Below are positions 17,741 to 27,692 of a stretch of DNA of 64,000 bases, piece after piece; position 1 is the first letter of the stretch, and the number at the start of each line of letters is the position of its first letter. A model generated the notes under the pieces. The model had not been told where the DNA came from. It searched no databases and saw nothing but the letters and a program-made list of their open reading frames with translations. The stretch is from the NCBI GenBank assembly GCA_965243135.1, contig OZ251539.1, positions 4,480,001 through 4,544,000 of the forward strand, in the 5' to 3' direction. Source of the stretch: Alphaproteobacteria bacterium (lineage in GTDB: Bacteria; Pseudomonadota; Alphaproteobacteria; MPNO01; UBA830). The translations under genes were made by a program, and so were the position numbers.

Positions 17741-19878
17741 CCCGACGCGGACGAAACGCGGAACGCGCGGGCCGGAAGAGGCGGCGGCCGATCGGCAAGC
17801 GGCGGCAGTCGGCCGACAGGCCGGCGCGGCGGAGGCCGGCCGGCAAGCTGGCGGCATGGCTGCAGTCTCTGCCGTCGCTCCCGGATCTTCACGATCTCAA
17901 GCCCCGGACGGACGCCGTCGGCCTCGCGCTGCTGTTCGCCGGCGCATTCGCGCTGTACGCCGTTTCCGCGCCGCGCGGCGTCGTTCTGGAGGACGACGGC
18001 CTCTTCATCACCACCGCAACGTTCGCCGGGGTCGCGCATCCGCCGGGATATCCCCTGTACATCCTTCTCGGCTGGCTCGCCACGCTGGTTCCGCTCGGCG
18101 AGGTCGCCTGGCGCGTCCACGCGCTCAGCGGCCTGATGGGCGCACTTGCCTGCGCCTGCGTCGCGTGGGTCGTGCTGCGCCGCACCGGCAATCGGCCCGC
18201 CGCCTTGCTGGCCGGCGCAGCTCTCGCGGTCTCCGAGCATTTTTGGTCCCAGGCGATCATCGCCGACGTCTACACGACCAATGCCGCCGCAGTGTTCCTG
18301 ACGATGGCCCTTGCGCAGGAGGCGGCGGCGGCGCGGAGCGCGCGCTTGTGGGTCGCGGCGGCCGCCGTCTGCGGGCTCGGCCTCGCCAACCACTACCCGC
18401 TTCTGATTCTGGCGAGTCCCCTGTTCCTCGCTTACGCCGTCGGGGCGGGGAGGGATTTCTGGCGCAGGCTCCCCTATCTGATCCCGGTCGCCGCGCTCGC
18501 CGTGGCCGCTCTCTACGGCTGGATGGTGTGGCGATCCCACCAGCCGCTTCCGGTCAATTTTCTGGGTCCGATCCAATCCTGGAGCGAGTTCCTCTCTTTC
18601 GTCGACCGCAGCATTTACTCGCACATCGACCAGAATCCCAACGCCGGCCTCGTCGACAAGTTCTATTTCGCCGGGCACTTCACGATGCAGGCGCTGCTGC
18701 AGTTCGGCGTGATCGGCACCCTCGCCGCGCTCTGGGGCGCGGTCGCTTCGTGGCGGCGCGGCTGGCGGCTCGGAATCTCCTGCGAGGCGCTCGCGTTCGC
18801 GGCCAGCAGCTTTCTGCTGGTCGCCATGCTCGGTTTCAACTACGAGCCCCTCAGGATTTCCACCTTCCGCCCGTATCCGCTGGTCGCCTACGGCGTTCTC
18901 GCGCTCTGGCTGGGCCTCGGCGCGCACGCGTTGACGCTATGGGCGCGAGGCCGGCGCAGGCCGTTGCTTCCGGCCGTCTATGCGGCGTGCGCGCTCCTCG
19001 TGGCGGCCCTCGGCGGCCGGAACTTCGAGATCAACGACAGATCCCGTGAACGGTTCGCCGAGGAGCAGGCGCGGGCGTTGCTCGACGTCCTCAAGAAAGA
19101 CAGCGCCTTCGTCCTGTACGCGGATCCGTTCGTCGGCCCGATATCCTATCTCCACTGGGTGAAAGGGCTGCGTCCGGATTTGCGGCTGCTGGAGTATCAC
19201 GGCGTGTACTTCGACGATCGGGTCGTGCGTCCGTTGTGGACCACGAAACGGAAGACCGCCGGCTGGGCCGAGTTTCTCCGGAACGCGGACCGGCCGGTGT
19301 ATTCCCTCTGGTACGGCCCGGCCTTTTCGAAAGCGGGTCTGGCGCACGTGGGCTTCTTCGTGCAAGTTCACAGGGAAGTCGGGCCGGGCCGGATCGAAAT
19401 CCGGCCCAACGACAAGGCGAAGGAATACTTCAGGAAACTGATGACGATGCCGACGCCCAGGGATCTGGCCAGCGCCGTCCACCGGAACGAAATGCTCAGG
19501 GCCTACGGCGAATACATGGGTCTGGCGCAGGTGAACGCAAAAACCGCGATGAACGAATACGTCGCGGACATCGTGCCTCTGGCGGCCGAAAACTACTGGT
19601 CGCTGATGGGGATGTCGAAGGCGCTCGTGAGTCAACCGGGCGACCGGCCGCTGCGGCTGGCGGAAACCTACCTGCGAAAGGCGAGGCGCGTCGCGGACGA
19701 CGACCTCGGCAAGGAAGCCAGGGCGACGGCGATCTTCGTGGAAGCTCAAATCGAGCGGCGAAAGGGCAATCTCGACAAGGCGAAGGCCTTGTTCCGCGAG
19801 TCCCTGCGGATCGACCGGGGTCCGGACAACCCGTCCCGCGAGGCGCTCGCGAGGATGGGACCCGCCGCGCGGAAGTGA
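17737..19878 (+). CDS. DUF2723/TMEM260-like GT-C protein with C-terminal TPR
   Basis: EDDGLFITTA..GVAHPPGYPLY, FWSQAIIADVY, GLANHYP; ATGA overlap with the upstream gene. Confidence 0.8.
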   Translation: MTRRGRNAERAGRKRRRPIGKRRQSADRPARRRPAGKLAAWLQSLPSLPDLHDLKPRTDAVGLALLFAGAFALYAVSAPRGVVLEDDGLFITTATFAGVAHPPGYPLYILLGWLATLVPLGEVAWRVHALSGLMGALACACVAWVVLRRTGNRPAALLAGAALAVSEHFWSQAIIADVYTTNAAAVFLTMALAQEAAAARSARLWVAAAAVCGLGLANHYPLLILASPLFLAYAVGAGRDFWRRLPYLIPVAALAVAALYGWMVWRSHQPLPVNFLGPIQSWSEFLSFVDRSIYSHIDQNPNAGLVDKFYFAGHFTMQALLQFGVIGTLAALWGAVASWRRGWRLGISCEALAFAASSFLLVAMLGFNYEPLRISTFRPYPLVAYGVLALWLGLGAHALTLWARGRRRPLLPAVYAACALLVAALGGRNFEINDRSRERFAEEQARALLDVLKKDSAFVLYADPFVGPISYLHWVKGLRPDLRLLEYHGVYFDDRVVRPLWTTKRKTAGWAEFLRNADRPVYSLWYGPAFSKAGLAHVGFFVQVHREVGPGRIEIRPNDKAKEYFRKLMTMPTPRDLASAVHRNEMLRAYGEYMGLAQVNAKTAMNEYVADIVPLAAENYWSLMGMSKALVSQPGDRPLRLAETYLRKARRVADDDLGKEARATAIFVEAQIERRKGNLDKAKALFRESLRIDRGPDNPSREALARMGPAARK

Positions 19879-19900
19879 TTGCCGAACGTCGGGCCGGGAC

Positions 19901-21601
19901 ATGCGAGCGAAGCGAAGGAAGGGTCAGGCGCGGCGACGCGCGACGACGCGCCGGGAAGAGCGGCGCTGGACGGCGCGCGCGACCCTCGCCGCCGCGCCGG
20001 AGGTTCTGCTGCATCCGCGCCAGCCCGGGGAACCAGCATGGAAATATTTCTGGCCCGTGCTCGCGCTGGCTTTCGCGGCGCGCGGCTTCGTCGCCCTTTC
20101 CGGCGACTTCGCCGCGCACCCGGACGAGATCATGCAGTACCTGGAACAGGCGCACCGCCTGGTCTTCGGCAACGGCATCCTCCATTGGGAGCAATTCTAC
20201 GGCGCGCGTTCTTGGCTGGTGCCCGGCCTGATCGCAGGGGTCCTGGCAGCGTTCGACTTCGTCGGCCTCGGCCGGCCTGCCTGGTACGTCGACGGGGTCA
20301 AGTTGGTTTTCTGCGCCATTTCCCTCGCGATTCCTGCGGGAATGTACTTCTTCGCGCGGCGGCACTTCAGCGAAAGCGCGGCGCGGGTCGCGCTGCTGGC
20401 CGGAGCGTTCTGGTACGAGTTGGTCGGCTTCGCGCACAAGCCGATGACCGAGTTCGTGGCCACCGCTCTCGTTGCGGCGCTGCTCGTCCTTTGCGCGCGC
20501 CCCGCCCCGCTCGGGGCCGGGACCGTCTGGTCGGCGGCCTTTCTCGCGGTGCTGGCCGCGGCGGTGCGGATGCAATACGCCCCGGTCGCGGTCGCGTTGC
20601 TCTTTCTGCTCTTTCTTCGCGCCGGCGGACCGGGAGCGGCGTGGTGGCGCGGCGGGCGGGCGCAAATCGCGTTCGCCGCCGTCCTGTTCCTTCTTGCCGT
20701 CGGCGCGTTCGACGCGGCGACGTGGGACGCCGAATTGTTCCGCTCCTATCTCGCCAACCTGCGGTTCAATCTGGCGCTGGAGGAAGCGCGCGCCGGCACG
20801 AGTCCGCCTTGGCAGTACCTGTGGTGGTCCCTGCTGACCGCGGCGGGATTGAGCGCCGTCTGTCTGGCGCTGGCGCTGCGCGACCTGCGCCGTTACGGAC
20901 TCCTCCTCGCGCTGATCGCTCTCGTCCTGATCATCCATTCCGCGGAGTCGCACAAGGAGTACCGCTTCGTCTTCGTCCTGATCCCGCTCTGGCTGCTGAT
21001 CGGCGCGGACGGCGCGGCGCGGCTCGCGGCGCGCAAGCCGGCGTGGGTCTACGGCGCCGCCGGCTCCCTGTTCGCGGCGATCTCGCTTGCGGGGATCCTG
21101 AACGCCCTGCCTCGCCAGGACGACGCCTACAGGCTGATCTTCGCGCCCGCGGAGACTCCCGTGCGGTTCGTCCGCGACCAGGATCCCTCGTTCGCCGCCT
21201 ATCGCTACCTCGCCAAGGCGCCCGGCGTCGAGGCCGTCTGGCACATCGGCCGCTACTACCACAGCCTTCCCGGCTACTATTATCTGCACCGCTCGATTCC
21301 GCTTTACGACTCCGTGACCGGCGTCCGCCTCATCGGCACGCAGATGCCGAAAATCCTGGCCTCGGTCACCCACATCCTGACCGCGGACCGCGGCTTGACA
21401 GCGCCCGGCTACGCCCTTGACAGGGAGTTCGGGGACATCCGAATTCTGCGCCGCCAGGAGAACGAGGTCCCCGTCCGCCAATGGCGGACGTTCACGCCTA
21501 CGGTGACCGAGAGCTCGGCCGACCGCATCATGACCCGGCTCTACCCCGACGGCCCGCGGCCGCCGGCGGATTTCGGAATCAGCTTCGCGGAGCCGGAATG
21601 A
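19901..21601 (+). CDS. PIG-B/ALG9-like (GT22) mannosyltransferase
   Basis: HPDEIMQYLEQAHRLVFG..WE..GARSW and HKEYRF motifs. Confidence 0.8.
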   Translation: MRAKRRKGQARRRATTRREERRWTARATLAAAPEVLLHPRQPGEPAWKYFWPVLALAFAARGFVALSGDFAAHPDEIMQYLEQAHRLVFGNGILHWEQFYGARSWLVPGLIAGVLAAFDFVGLGRPAWYVDGVKLVFCAISLAIPAGMYFFARRHFSESAARVALLAGAFWYELVGFAHKPMTEFVATALVAALLVLCARPAPLGAGTVWSAAFLAVLAAAVRMQYAPVAVALLFLLFLRAGGPGAAWWRGGRAQIAFAAVLFLLAVGAFDAATWDAELFRSYLANLRFNLALEEARAGTSPPWQYLWWSLLTAAGLSAVCLALALRDLRRYGLLLALIALVLIIHSAESHKEYRFVFVLIPLWLLIGADGAARLAARKPAWVYGAAGSLFAAISLAGILNALPRQDDAYRLIFAPAETPVRFVRDQDPSFAAYRYLAKAPGVEAVWHIGRYYHSLPGYYYLHRSIPLYDSVTGVRLIGTQMPKILASVTHILTADRGLTAPGYALDREFGDIRILRRQENEVPVRQWRTFTPTVTESSADRIMTRLYPDGPRPPADFGISFAEPE

Positions 21602-23040
21602 CGGCCGGCGCGCGGATGCCCGCGATTCTGCCGGTGGTTCTGGCGGGCGGCTCGGGCACGCGCCTGTGGCCGCTGTCCCGAGCGCTCCATCCGAAGCAGT
21701 TTCTCGCCCTGACCGGCGGCCGCACGATGATGCAGGAGACGCTGCTTCGTCTGGCCGAAGCGGAAGGCGCGCTGGATCCCTGCATCGTATGCAACGAGGA
21801 ACATCGGTTCCTGGCGGCCGAGCAGTGCCGCGAGATCGGGAGCTCGTGGAGCGTCATCATGCTGGAAGGGGCGCCCCGCGGCACGGCGCCCGCCGCCGCC
21901 CTCGCCGCCTGCCGAGCCCTCGCGGCCGGGGAAGATCCGGCGTTGCTCGTCGCGCCCTCCGACGGTTACGTCGAGAGCGCCGAGCGTTTCCGGCAGGCGG
22001 TCGCCGACGGCCTCCCCGCGGCCGCCGACGGGCATCTCGTGACGTTCGGCGTGCCCCCGGCGGCGGCGGAAACCGGCTACGGGTACATTCGCGCCGGGGA
22101 AGCGCTCGGGGGCGGCGCGCGGCGCGTCGACGAATTCGTCGAGAAACCCGACCGCGAGGCCGCCGAACGGTATGTCGAGTCGGGGGCTTTCCTCTGGAAC
22201 AGCGGCATCTTCCTTTTCAAGGCGAGCGCCTGGGCGGAGGCGCTTTCGCGGCACGCGCCGGAGATCCTCGCGAGCTGCCGGGCGGCGATCGAGAAGGGAA
22301 AGGCGGATCTGGATTTTTTCCGGCCGGGTCCGGAGTTCGCGAACGCGCCCGCGGCCTCGATCGATCGCGCCGTCATGGAACGGACGAACGACGCGGCCGT
22401 CGTGCCGCTGGAAACCGGCTGGAGCGATCTGGGCTCCTGGCCGGCGCTTCATTCGGCGAGCCCCGGAGACGGCGACGGGAACGCGATTTCCGGAGACGTG
22501 GTCGCGGTCGGGACCACCAACTCGCTGGTGCGAGCCGAAAGCCGGCTGGTGGCGACGGTGGGGATCGACCGGTTGATCGTCGTCGAAACCGCGGACGCGG
22601 TGCTGGTGTCGTCGTGGGAAGCGAGCCAGCGGGTGAGGGAAGCCGTCGCGCGCCTCGAAGCGCGCGAGGAACACCGCGCCCACCGGCGCGTCCATCGTCC
22701 GTGGGGGTCGTTCGAGACCGTGGAGGACGGACCCGGATACCGGGTGAAGCGGCTCGCGATCAAGCCCGGCGCGCGGATCTCCCTGCAATCGCACCGGCAC
22801 CGGTCGGAGCACTGGGTCGTCGTGCGCGGGACGGCGCAGGTGACGCGCGACGACGCCAAGCTGATCCTTTCCGAGAACCAGTCGACCTACATTCCGCGCG
22901 GCAGCCGCCACCGGCTGGGCAATGCCGGCGAAGAGCCGCTCGAAATAATCGAGGTGCAGGTCGGCACCCTGATCGACGAGGATGACATCGTAAGGTTCGA
23001 TGACGACTTCGGCAGAGATTCCGGCGAGCGCGGGGAATGA
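21598..23040 (+). CDS. manC: Mannose-1-phosphate guanylyltransferase/mannose-6-phosphate isomerase
   Basis: LAGGSGTRLWPLSR..PKQF, FVEKP, WSDLGSW, RPWG cupin domain. Confidence 0.95.
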   Translation: MTAGARMPAILPVVLAGGSGTRLWPLSRALHPKQFLALTGGRTMMQETLLRLAEAEGALDPCIVCNEEHRFLAAEQCREIGSSWSVIMLEGAPRGTAPAAALAACRALAAGEDPALLVAPSDGYVESAERFRQAVADGLPAAADGHLVTFGVPPAAAETGYGYIRAGEALGGGARRVDEFVEKPDREAAERYVESGAFLWNSGIFLFKASAWAEALSRHAPEILASCRAAIEKGKADLDFFRPGPEFANAPAASIDRAVMERTNDAAVVPLETGWSDLGSWPALHSASPGDGDGNAISGDVVAVGTTNSLVRAESRLVATVGIDRLIVVETADAVLVSSWEASQRVREAVARLEAREEHRAHRRVHRPWGSFETVEDGPGYRVKRLAIKPGARISLQSHRHRSEHWVVVRGTAQVTRDDAKLILSENQSTYIPRGSRHRLGNAGEEPLEIIEVQVGTLIDEDDIVRFDDDFGRDSGERGE

Positions 23041-23052
23041 CCGCGCGCCCGG

Positions 23053-24174
23053 CTACGGCGTCGGCTTCTCGCGAAACGTCCAGTAGGAATTGACGAAATA
23101 ATTGAGCGCCGCGGCCGGCAGGATGGCGCAAGCCTGGAGCCACACGGGCGGGACCTCGGGAAAGGGCATCGACAGGCCGACGAAGGTGGCGTAGCTCAGC
23201 GCCAGGGTCGCCAGCGCGACGACGTTGAATTTCAGACCCCGGATGCGCTTGCGGCCGATCATGACCCGTTCGGCGAAGGTCCAGTAGTTGTTCATCAGGA
23301 AATTCGAGACGATCGACAGCTCGATCGCGACGGGCGACGCCAGAAACTTGTGCAGGCCGAGTTCGAGAAGGATCTGGAACGCCCCGAGGTTGACCAGGGC
23401 GCCGACGAGCCCCGTAAGGCCGTATCTGACGAGAACGCGGTAGCTCACCAGACGCAGCCACCAGATGCTGTAGAAGAACTCAAGGATGCTCGCGGCACCG
23501 AGCTTGGTCACTCCAAGCTCTCGGTCGCGGAAATGGATCGGCTCCTCGACGACCCGGGCGCCGGAATGGAGAAGGCGGTGCAACAGCACCACCTGGAACG
23601 TATGGCCGCGCACGCCGATGTCCTCCACCCGCGCGGCCCTGAGCGCCGCGGTCCGGATCGCCTTGAAGCCCGCCGTGCAGTCGCGCACTCCCTTCAGACC
23701 GGCGATCGAGCGGGCGAAGCGGTTGCCCCAGCGGGACAGCAACCGCCGACGCATGTGCCACAGCGGGTCGATCGTGCCGCCGGCGACGTAGCGGCTGCCG
23801 ATCGCCACGTCCGCGCCGTCCGCAAGCCGGTCCAGAAGGCGTTGCGCATCCGCGGGATCGTGGGAGAAGTCGGCGTCGATCTGCACGACCGCGTCGGCGC
23901 CGAGGACATCCATGGCGTGTATCATGCCCTGCACATAGGCCTGTCCGAACCCCCGCCTCGGGCCTTCGAGAAGATGGACGCGGCCGTCCGACTCGGCGAA
24001 CTCCCGGACCAGGCGTCCGGTGCCGTCCGGACTCTCGTCGTCGACGACCAGAAACGCCGTATCGGCATCCCGGTGCAGCTCGGTCAGGCGCCGCAGCAAC
24101 GGCACGATGTTCGGCGCTTCGTTATAGGTGGGAACGACGAAGCATACGCCGACCCCGGGAGTTTCCCGCTCCAT
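23053..24174 (-). CDS. Polyprenol-phosphate-mannose synthase (GT2) fused to a GtrA domain
   Basis: PTYNEA, VDDESPDGT, DADFSHDP, IGSRYV, DCTAGF; 4-TM GtrA C-terminus (NNYWTF, NSYWTF). Confidence 0.9.
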   Translation of the reverse strand: MERETPGVGVCFVVPTYNEAPNIVPLLRRLTELHRDADTAFLVVDDESPDGTGRLVREFAESDGRVHLLEGPRRGFGQAYVQGMIHAMDVLGADAVVQIDADFSHDPADAQRLLDRLADGADVAIGSRYVAGGTIDPLWHMRRRLLSRWGNRFARSIAGLKGVRDCTAGFKAIRTAALRAARVEDIGVRGHTFQVVLLHRLLHSGARVVEEPIHFRDRELGVTKLGAASILEFFYSIWWLRLVSYRVLVRYGLTGLVGALVNLGAFQILLELGLHKFLASPVAIELSIVSNFLMNNYWTFAERVMIGRKRIRGLKFNVVALATLALSYATFVGLSMPFPEVPPVWLQACAILPAAALNYFVNSYWTFREKPTP

Positions 24175-24400
24175 GGCCCCCTTTTCTCTAAAAGAACGGC
24201 CTCGCGGCCCGACCGGAATTTAAACGAATTCCGGCGCTTCGCCACCGCCCGCGTTCGGGCGGCGGGGCCAACTCGCTCCGGGTCCGCGGCGGAGAGCCGC
24301 CGTTTTCGTTCGAACGATCCGGCGGCCGCGCCGCCGCTTGCGAACCTGTCGGCGGGCGGCAAAAAAATTTCGCGGAGCGAACGCGCGCCTAAAAAAGGTA

Positions 24401-24430
24401 TTGACATCTCTCTGAAGTTCGCTTTATGTA
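24401..24430 (+). promoter_or_regulatory. Likely sigma70 promoter for the Rpn gene
   Basis: TTGACA (24401), 18 nt, TATGTA; A-tract upstream; SD AGGAG before ATG 24478. Confidence 0.5.
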
Positions 24431-24477
24431 TGAGAAAAAGCTGCGACGACGCTCGCCGGAAACCGACAGGAGCCGAC

Positions 24478-25482
24478 ATGGTTCACGACATCTACGATGC
24501 CGCCATGAAAACGCTTTTCGACAATCCGCGGTCCGTCGAGGATTTGGCTTGCGGCTTCCTCCGGGTGGACCTTGGCGGAGAGTTGGACTTCCGCACCCTG
24601 GAACAGGCTCCGTCGCAGTTCGTCGACGGCGACCTGCAGCAGAGCCGCGCCGACATGGTCTGGCGCATCCGCCTGCGCATGGAAGACAGCGAGGTCGATG
24701 TGCTTCTGCTGCTGGAGTTCCAGTCGCGCGTCGACCGGGAGATGGTCTTGCGCATCAACTCTTACACGTCGGAGTTGTACAGGAAACTCATCCGCGGCGG
24801 CGCGAAGACGATGCCGGCGATGCTGCCGATCGTCGTTTACGACGGCGAGCCGCCCTGGTCGGCCGCGCTCGGAACGGAGGAGATCGTTCCGACGGTCAGG
24901 GCCGACATGCCGGACTTCCAGTTGCGGCAGTACTATTTTCTCGTTGACGTGCACCGGCTGAAGGTAGAGGATCTGCCCGAGGACAACGTGTTTTCCTTCC
25001 GGGTGCGGGTCGCCCGGGGCGCGTGGCCCGAGATCCGGGCGGATCTGCGGAGATGGAAGGACGACCCGGCGTTCGCGGCCGACCGCGGCCTCAGGAAGGC
25101 GGTGGCGGCGCTGGTGGCGCGCGAGTTCAACCGGAGCGAGCGAGCGCCACCCGACATGGAACCGGAGTTGGAACGGTTCGTGGAAAGAGGAGATCTCGGT
25201 GCGATGGAAGCTTTGTTTGACACGGTTTTCGCCGACGGCATAAAACGGGGCTTGGCCGACGGAATGGAACGGGGTCTGGCCGACGGAATGGAACGGCAAC
25301 GGACGATGCTTGTGCGCCAGGCAGCGCGGAAGTTCGGTCCGGGGGCCGCGAACCGCCTCGATGCGTTCCTGGCGGGCGTCGACGACCCGGAACGGCTTGT
25401 CGAGATCGGCGGCCTGCTGATCGACCGCGCCGACGGCGAGGAGTTCCTTTCCCGCGCGACGAGCTCTGCCCAACGGCGCTGA
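24478..25482 (+). CDS. Rpn-family (YhgA-like, PD-(D/E)XK) nuclease/putative transposase
   Basis: K.LF.NP..V.DL, LDF.TLE, RADMVWRI, LLLEFQS, LPIVVYDG..PW; C-terminal GMERG repeats and RQAARKFG. Confidence 0.9.
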   Translation: MVHDIYDAAMKTLFDNPRSVEDLACGFLRVDLGGELDFRTLEQAPSQFVDGDLQQSRADMVWRIRLRMEDSEVDVLLLLEFQSRVDREMVLRINSYTSELYRKLIRGGAKTMPAMLPIVVYDGEPPWSAALGTEEIVPTVRADMPDFQLRQYYFLVDVHRLKVEDLPEDNVFSFRVRVARGAWPEIRADLRRWKDDPAFAADRGLRKAVAALVAREFNRSERAPPDMEPELERFVERGDLGAMEALFDTVFADGIKRGLADGMERGLADGMERQRTMLVRQAARKFGPGAANRLDAFLAGVDDPERLVEIGGLLIDRADGEEFLSRATSSAQRR

Positions 25483-25604
25483 CGCGACAGGCGAAAGCGC
25501 CGCCGCCGACGTTCGCGCCGCCGCGCCCGAACCGCGCTGCGAATCGCTCGGCGGCAGGCCCGGACAAGGACGGCCTCCGCCGGAAAATGGCGCGAACGCC
25601 CCTT

Positions 25605-25931
25605 TCAAGAGCGTTCCTTCACGCGTTTGAGGATTTCGCAAGCCATGTCGACCGCTTGCGCCGCTTCCGATCCTGACATCGCGCCGCCGCGCCGTTCCAT
25701 CAGGCAGATCAGAAGGCGGCCTGCGAGATCGGACACGAACCGGGTGCGTTCGTCGATGCCTTCGCTCTCCATGGCCTCAAGCCGCGCCTCGGCTCGTTCG
25801 AGAAGATAGGCGAGGCCGTCGCCAAGGGAGGAAAGTTGGTCGCCGATATCCTTGCCGTTGCCGTGATCCTTGGCGGCGTCAGCAACTTGCCGCCGGAGGC
25901 GAACAATTTCGTTCAGAATGTCCTCGGCCAT
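25605..25931 (-). CDS. Hypothetical helical protein
   Basis: 108 aa, protein-like composition, GAGG SD upstream. Confidence 0.6.
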   Translation of the reverse strand: MAEDILNEIVRLRRQVADAAKDHGNGKDIGDQLSSLGDGLAYLLERAEARLEAMESEGIDERTRFVSDLAGRLLICLMERRGGAMSGSEAAQAVDMACEILKRVKERS

Positions 25932-26777
25932 TTCCGCTTCCTCTGCTGTCGGTCACGAGCGAGGGTCTATAGACCCTTGCGCTCTCCAGCGGAACCATTG
26001 GCAGTCGATCGGCCGTTTCTTCCGCGCTGTCGCTAGGCGAGGCCGCGCTTGTCACCCGGCACCCCTGAACGATGCCATAAGTCGGCTCCGTCCGCCAAGA
26101 ACCTACGTTCGCGTTCTTCGGCGACATGTGTTTATTGTGAACGGCGGAGGATCGCATGCCTTGGGAAGCGCCATCTTCCTCAAGGACCGGACTGAACTGC
26201 GCGCCCGATTGGCCGACAACGCGAACCTGTTCCCGTGCTTCGACCAACGACCTTGCAAGCTGCGTTCGCAGCGGCCGCGCGAACCCTGCAGCCGGTCGGC
26301 GCCTTCTCGAACGGGATCCGCCTCGCCCGGCCGACCGTCGCCATCGACGCAGAAACCCTCGTCGCGTTCTCAACCGCGAAGAGTATTGCTGGGTGCGGTC
26401 CCGGAAACTGCCGCCCGAGATTCGCGAAGCTGCGTTCCTGCCAACCTGAGGCGGTATGCGAGCGAAAAACGGGAGAAGGCGCTGCGGCCGGCGAACCGAA
26501 TAGAACCGGTTTCCCGAACGGTCAGCCCGTCGTCCGAAACCCCTCCGGGTCTGCAAGGGCGGGGAATTCGTCCCGGGAAACGGGAAGCGACGGATGGAAT
26601 TCGGCGCGAGGCTCGTACCGGCATCGAGTTGGGGAGCGCAGGAAAAACGCTGTCGCGAAAACGGGATGTCGACGGCGCGCAACCGCTCCCGAACCAACCG
26701 ATGGCGTCGCTCGCGCAGCGGCGAAGAGCGGAACATGATTCTCGGATCCGCTTGGCAATCCCCCAGTCTGCCGGATC

Positions 26778-27182
26778 CTAGGGAATTTTCTTTCTTCCCT
26801 TGTCCTCAAGCCAGTAATTTCCTTTTTCGTCTTTGTGCAATTTTCCACCGATGAGTAAATCTCTTCTGTTAAACTCACGGATACTTCTCGGTTTCGAGTT
26901 CACGTTGACCGGCTCGCATAAAATACCAAATGCAGCCGCACCCTGAGTTATCAATTTAACGTGTTCCAGCCTTTCGTTATATCCGGGCTTACCTTGAGTA
27001 TTTCCGTGATCCGTCAATCGCACGAACTGTTTTCCATCGAACTTCTCGACCTGATCCGTCCAGACCCTCAGATAGACGTCGCCATTTTTGGAAACCCCGC
27101 CCCAAGACCACCGCCAGTTCTTCAACTTCACACCGAGATATGAGAACGCTTTGGTAATCTTTACACGTTCCGGGATCGACAT
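26778..27182 (-). CDS. Hypothetical AT-rich protein (WSWG..VYLRVW motif)
   Basis: SD GGAGG before ATG at 27182; low GC relative to flanks. Confidence 0.7.
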   Translation of the reverse strand: MSIPERVKITKAFSYLGVKLKNWRWSWGGVSKNGDVYLRVWTDQVEKFDGKQFVRLTDHGNTQGKPGYNERLEHVKLITQGAAAFGILCEPVNVNSKPRSIREFNRRDLLIGGKLHKDEKGNYWLEDKGRKKIP

Positions 27183-27500
27183 GTTGCCCTCCTTCGTTGC
27201 GCCGGATTCCGGGAACCCATCGGTTTTGGAGAACCTCAAGGAGCGGTATTGTCGCAACCAGATTCATTCCATAGGTCGCGTTCATACTCCGATCGGCGCG
27301 CGGCCTGCGGGCTTGCCGGAAACCGTCGCCGACGGGCGCGTTCATGCGCGGTTAGACGACCGCGATGCAAGCCGCCATCATCGCCCCGCCTCCGCCGCGA
27401 GGGGGGCCGTCACCATGCTGCCGGTCGAGCGAACCGTTTCGGCCGGCGCGCGTTCGCTCCGCTGCAAGGTTTCATCGGACATCCGCGCCCCGAAGGCGCA

Positions 27501-27692
27501 TCAAAGAACCGTGACGTTGTCCGGTTCGCAGCCGAGCCAGCGACGGCAGGCGGCGCGCCCTCCGGTTTCGGCGCTTTCGAGCGAGTCGTACGGGCCGTCC
27601 ATGCGCTCGCGTTCGCCGTCCCGCCAGATCGACCACAACCATTCCTCCGGTCCGTCGCGCCGGGACCACCGTTCGATCATCATCTCGATCAT
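27501..27692 (-). CDS. Small Trp-rich hypothetical protein
   Basis: 63 aa; ATGA overlap with the cobB stop. Confidence 0.65.
   Translation of the reverse strand: MIEMMIERWSRRDGPEEWLWSIWRDGERERMDGPYDSLESAETGGRAACRRWLGCEPDNVTVL

Noticed and set aside
16402-19878. Very long ORF-track entries (1158 aa here, and many Arg/Pro/Gly-rich antisense ORFs elsewhere)
   Set aside because: Shadow frames of GC-rich genes; real starts were reassigned using motifs and gene overlaps.
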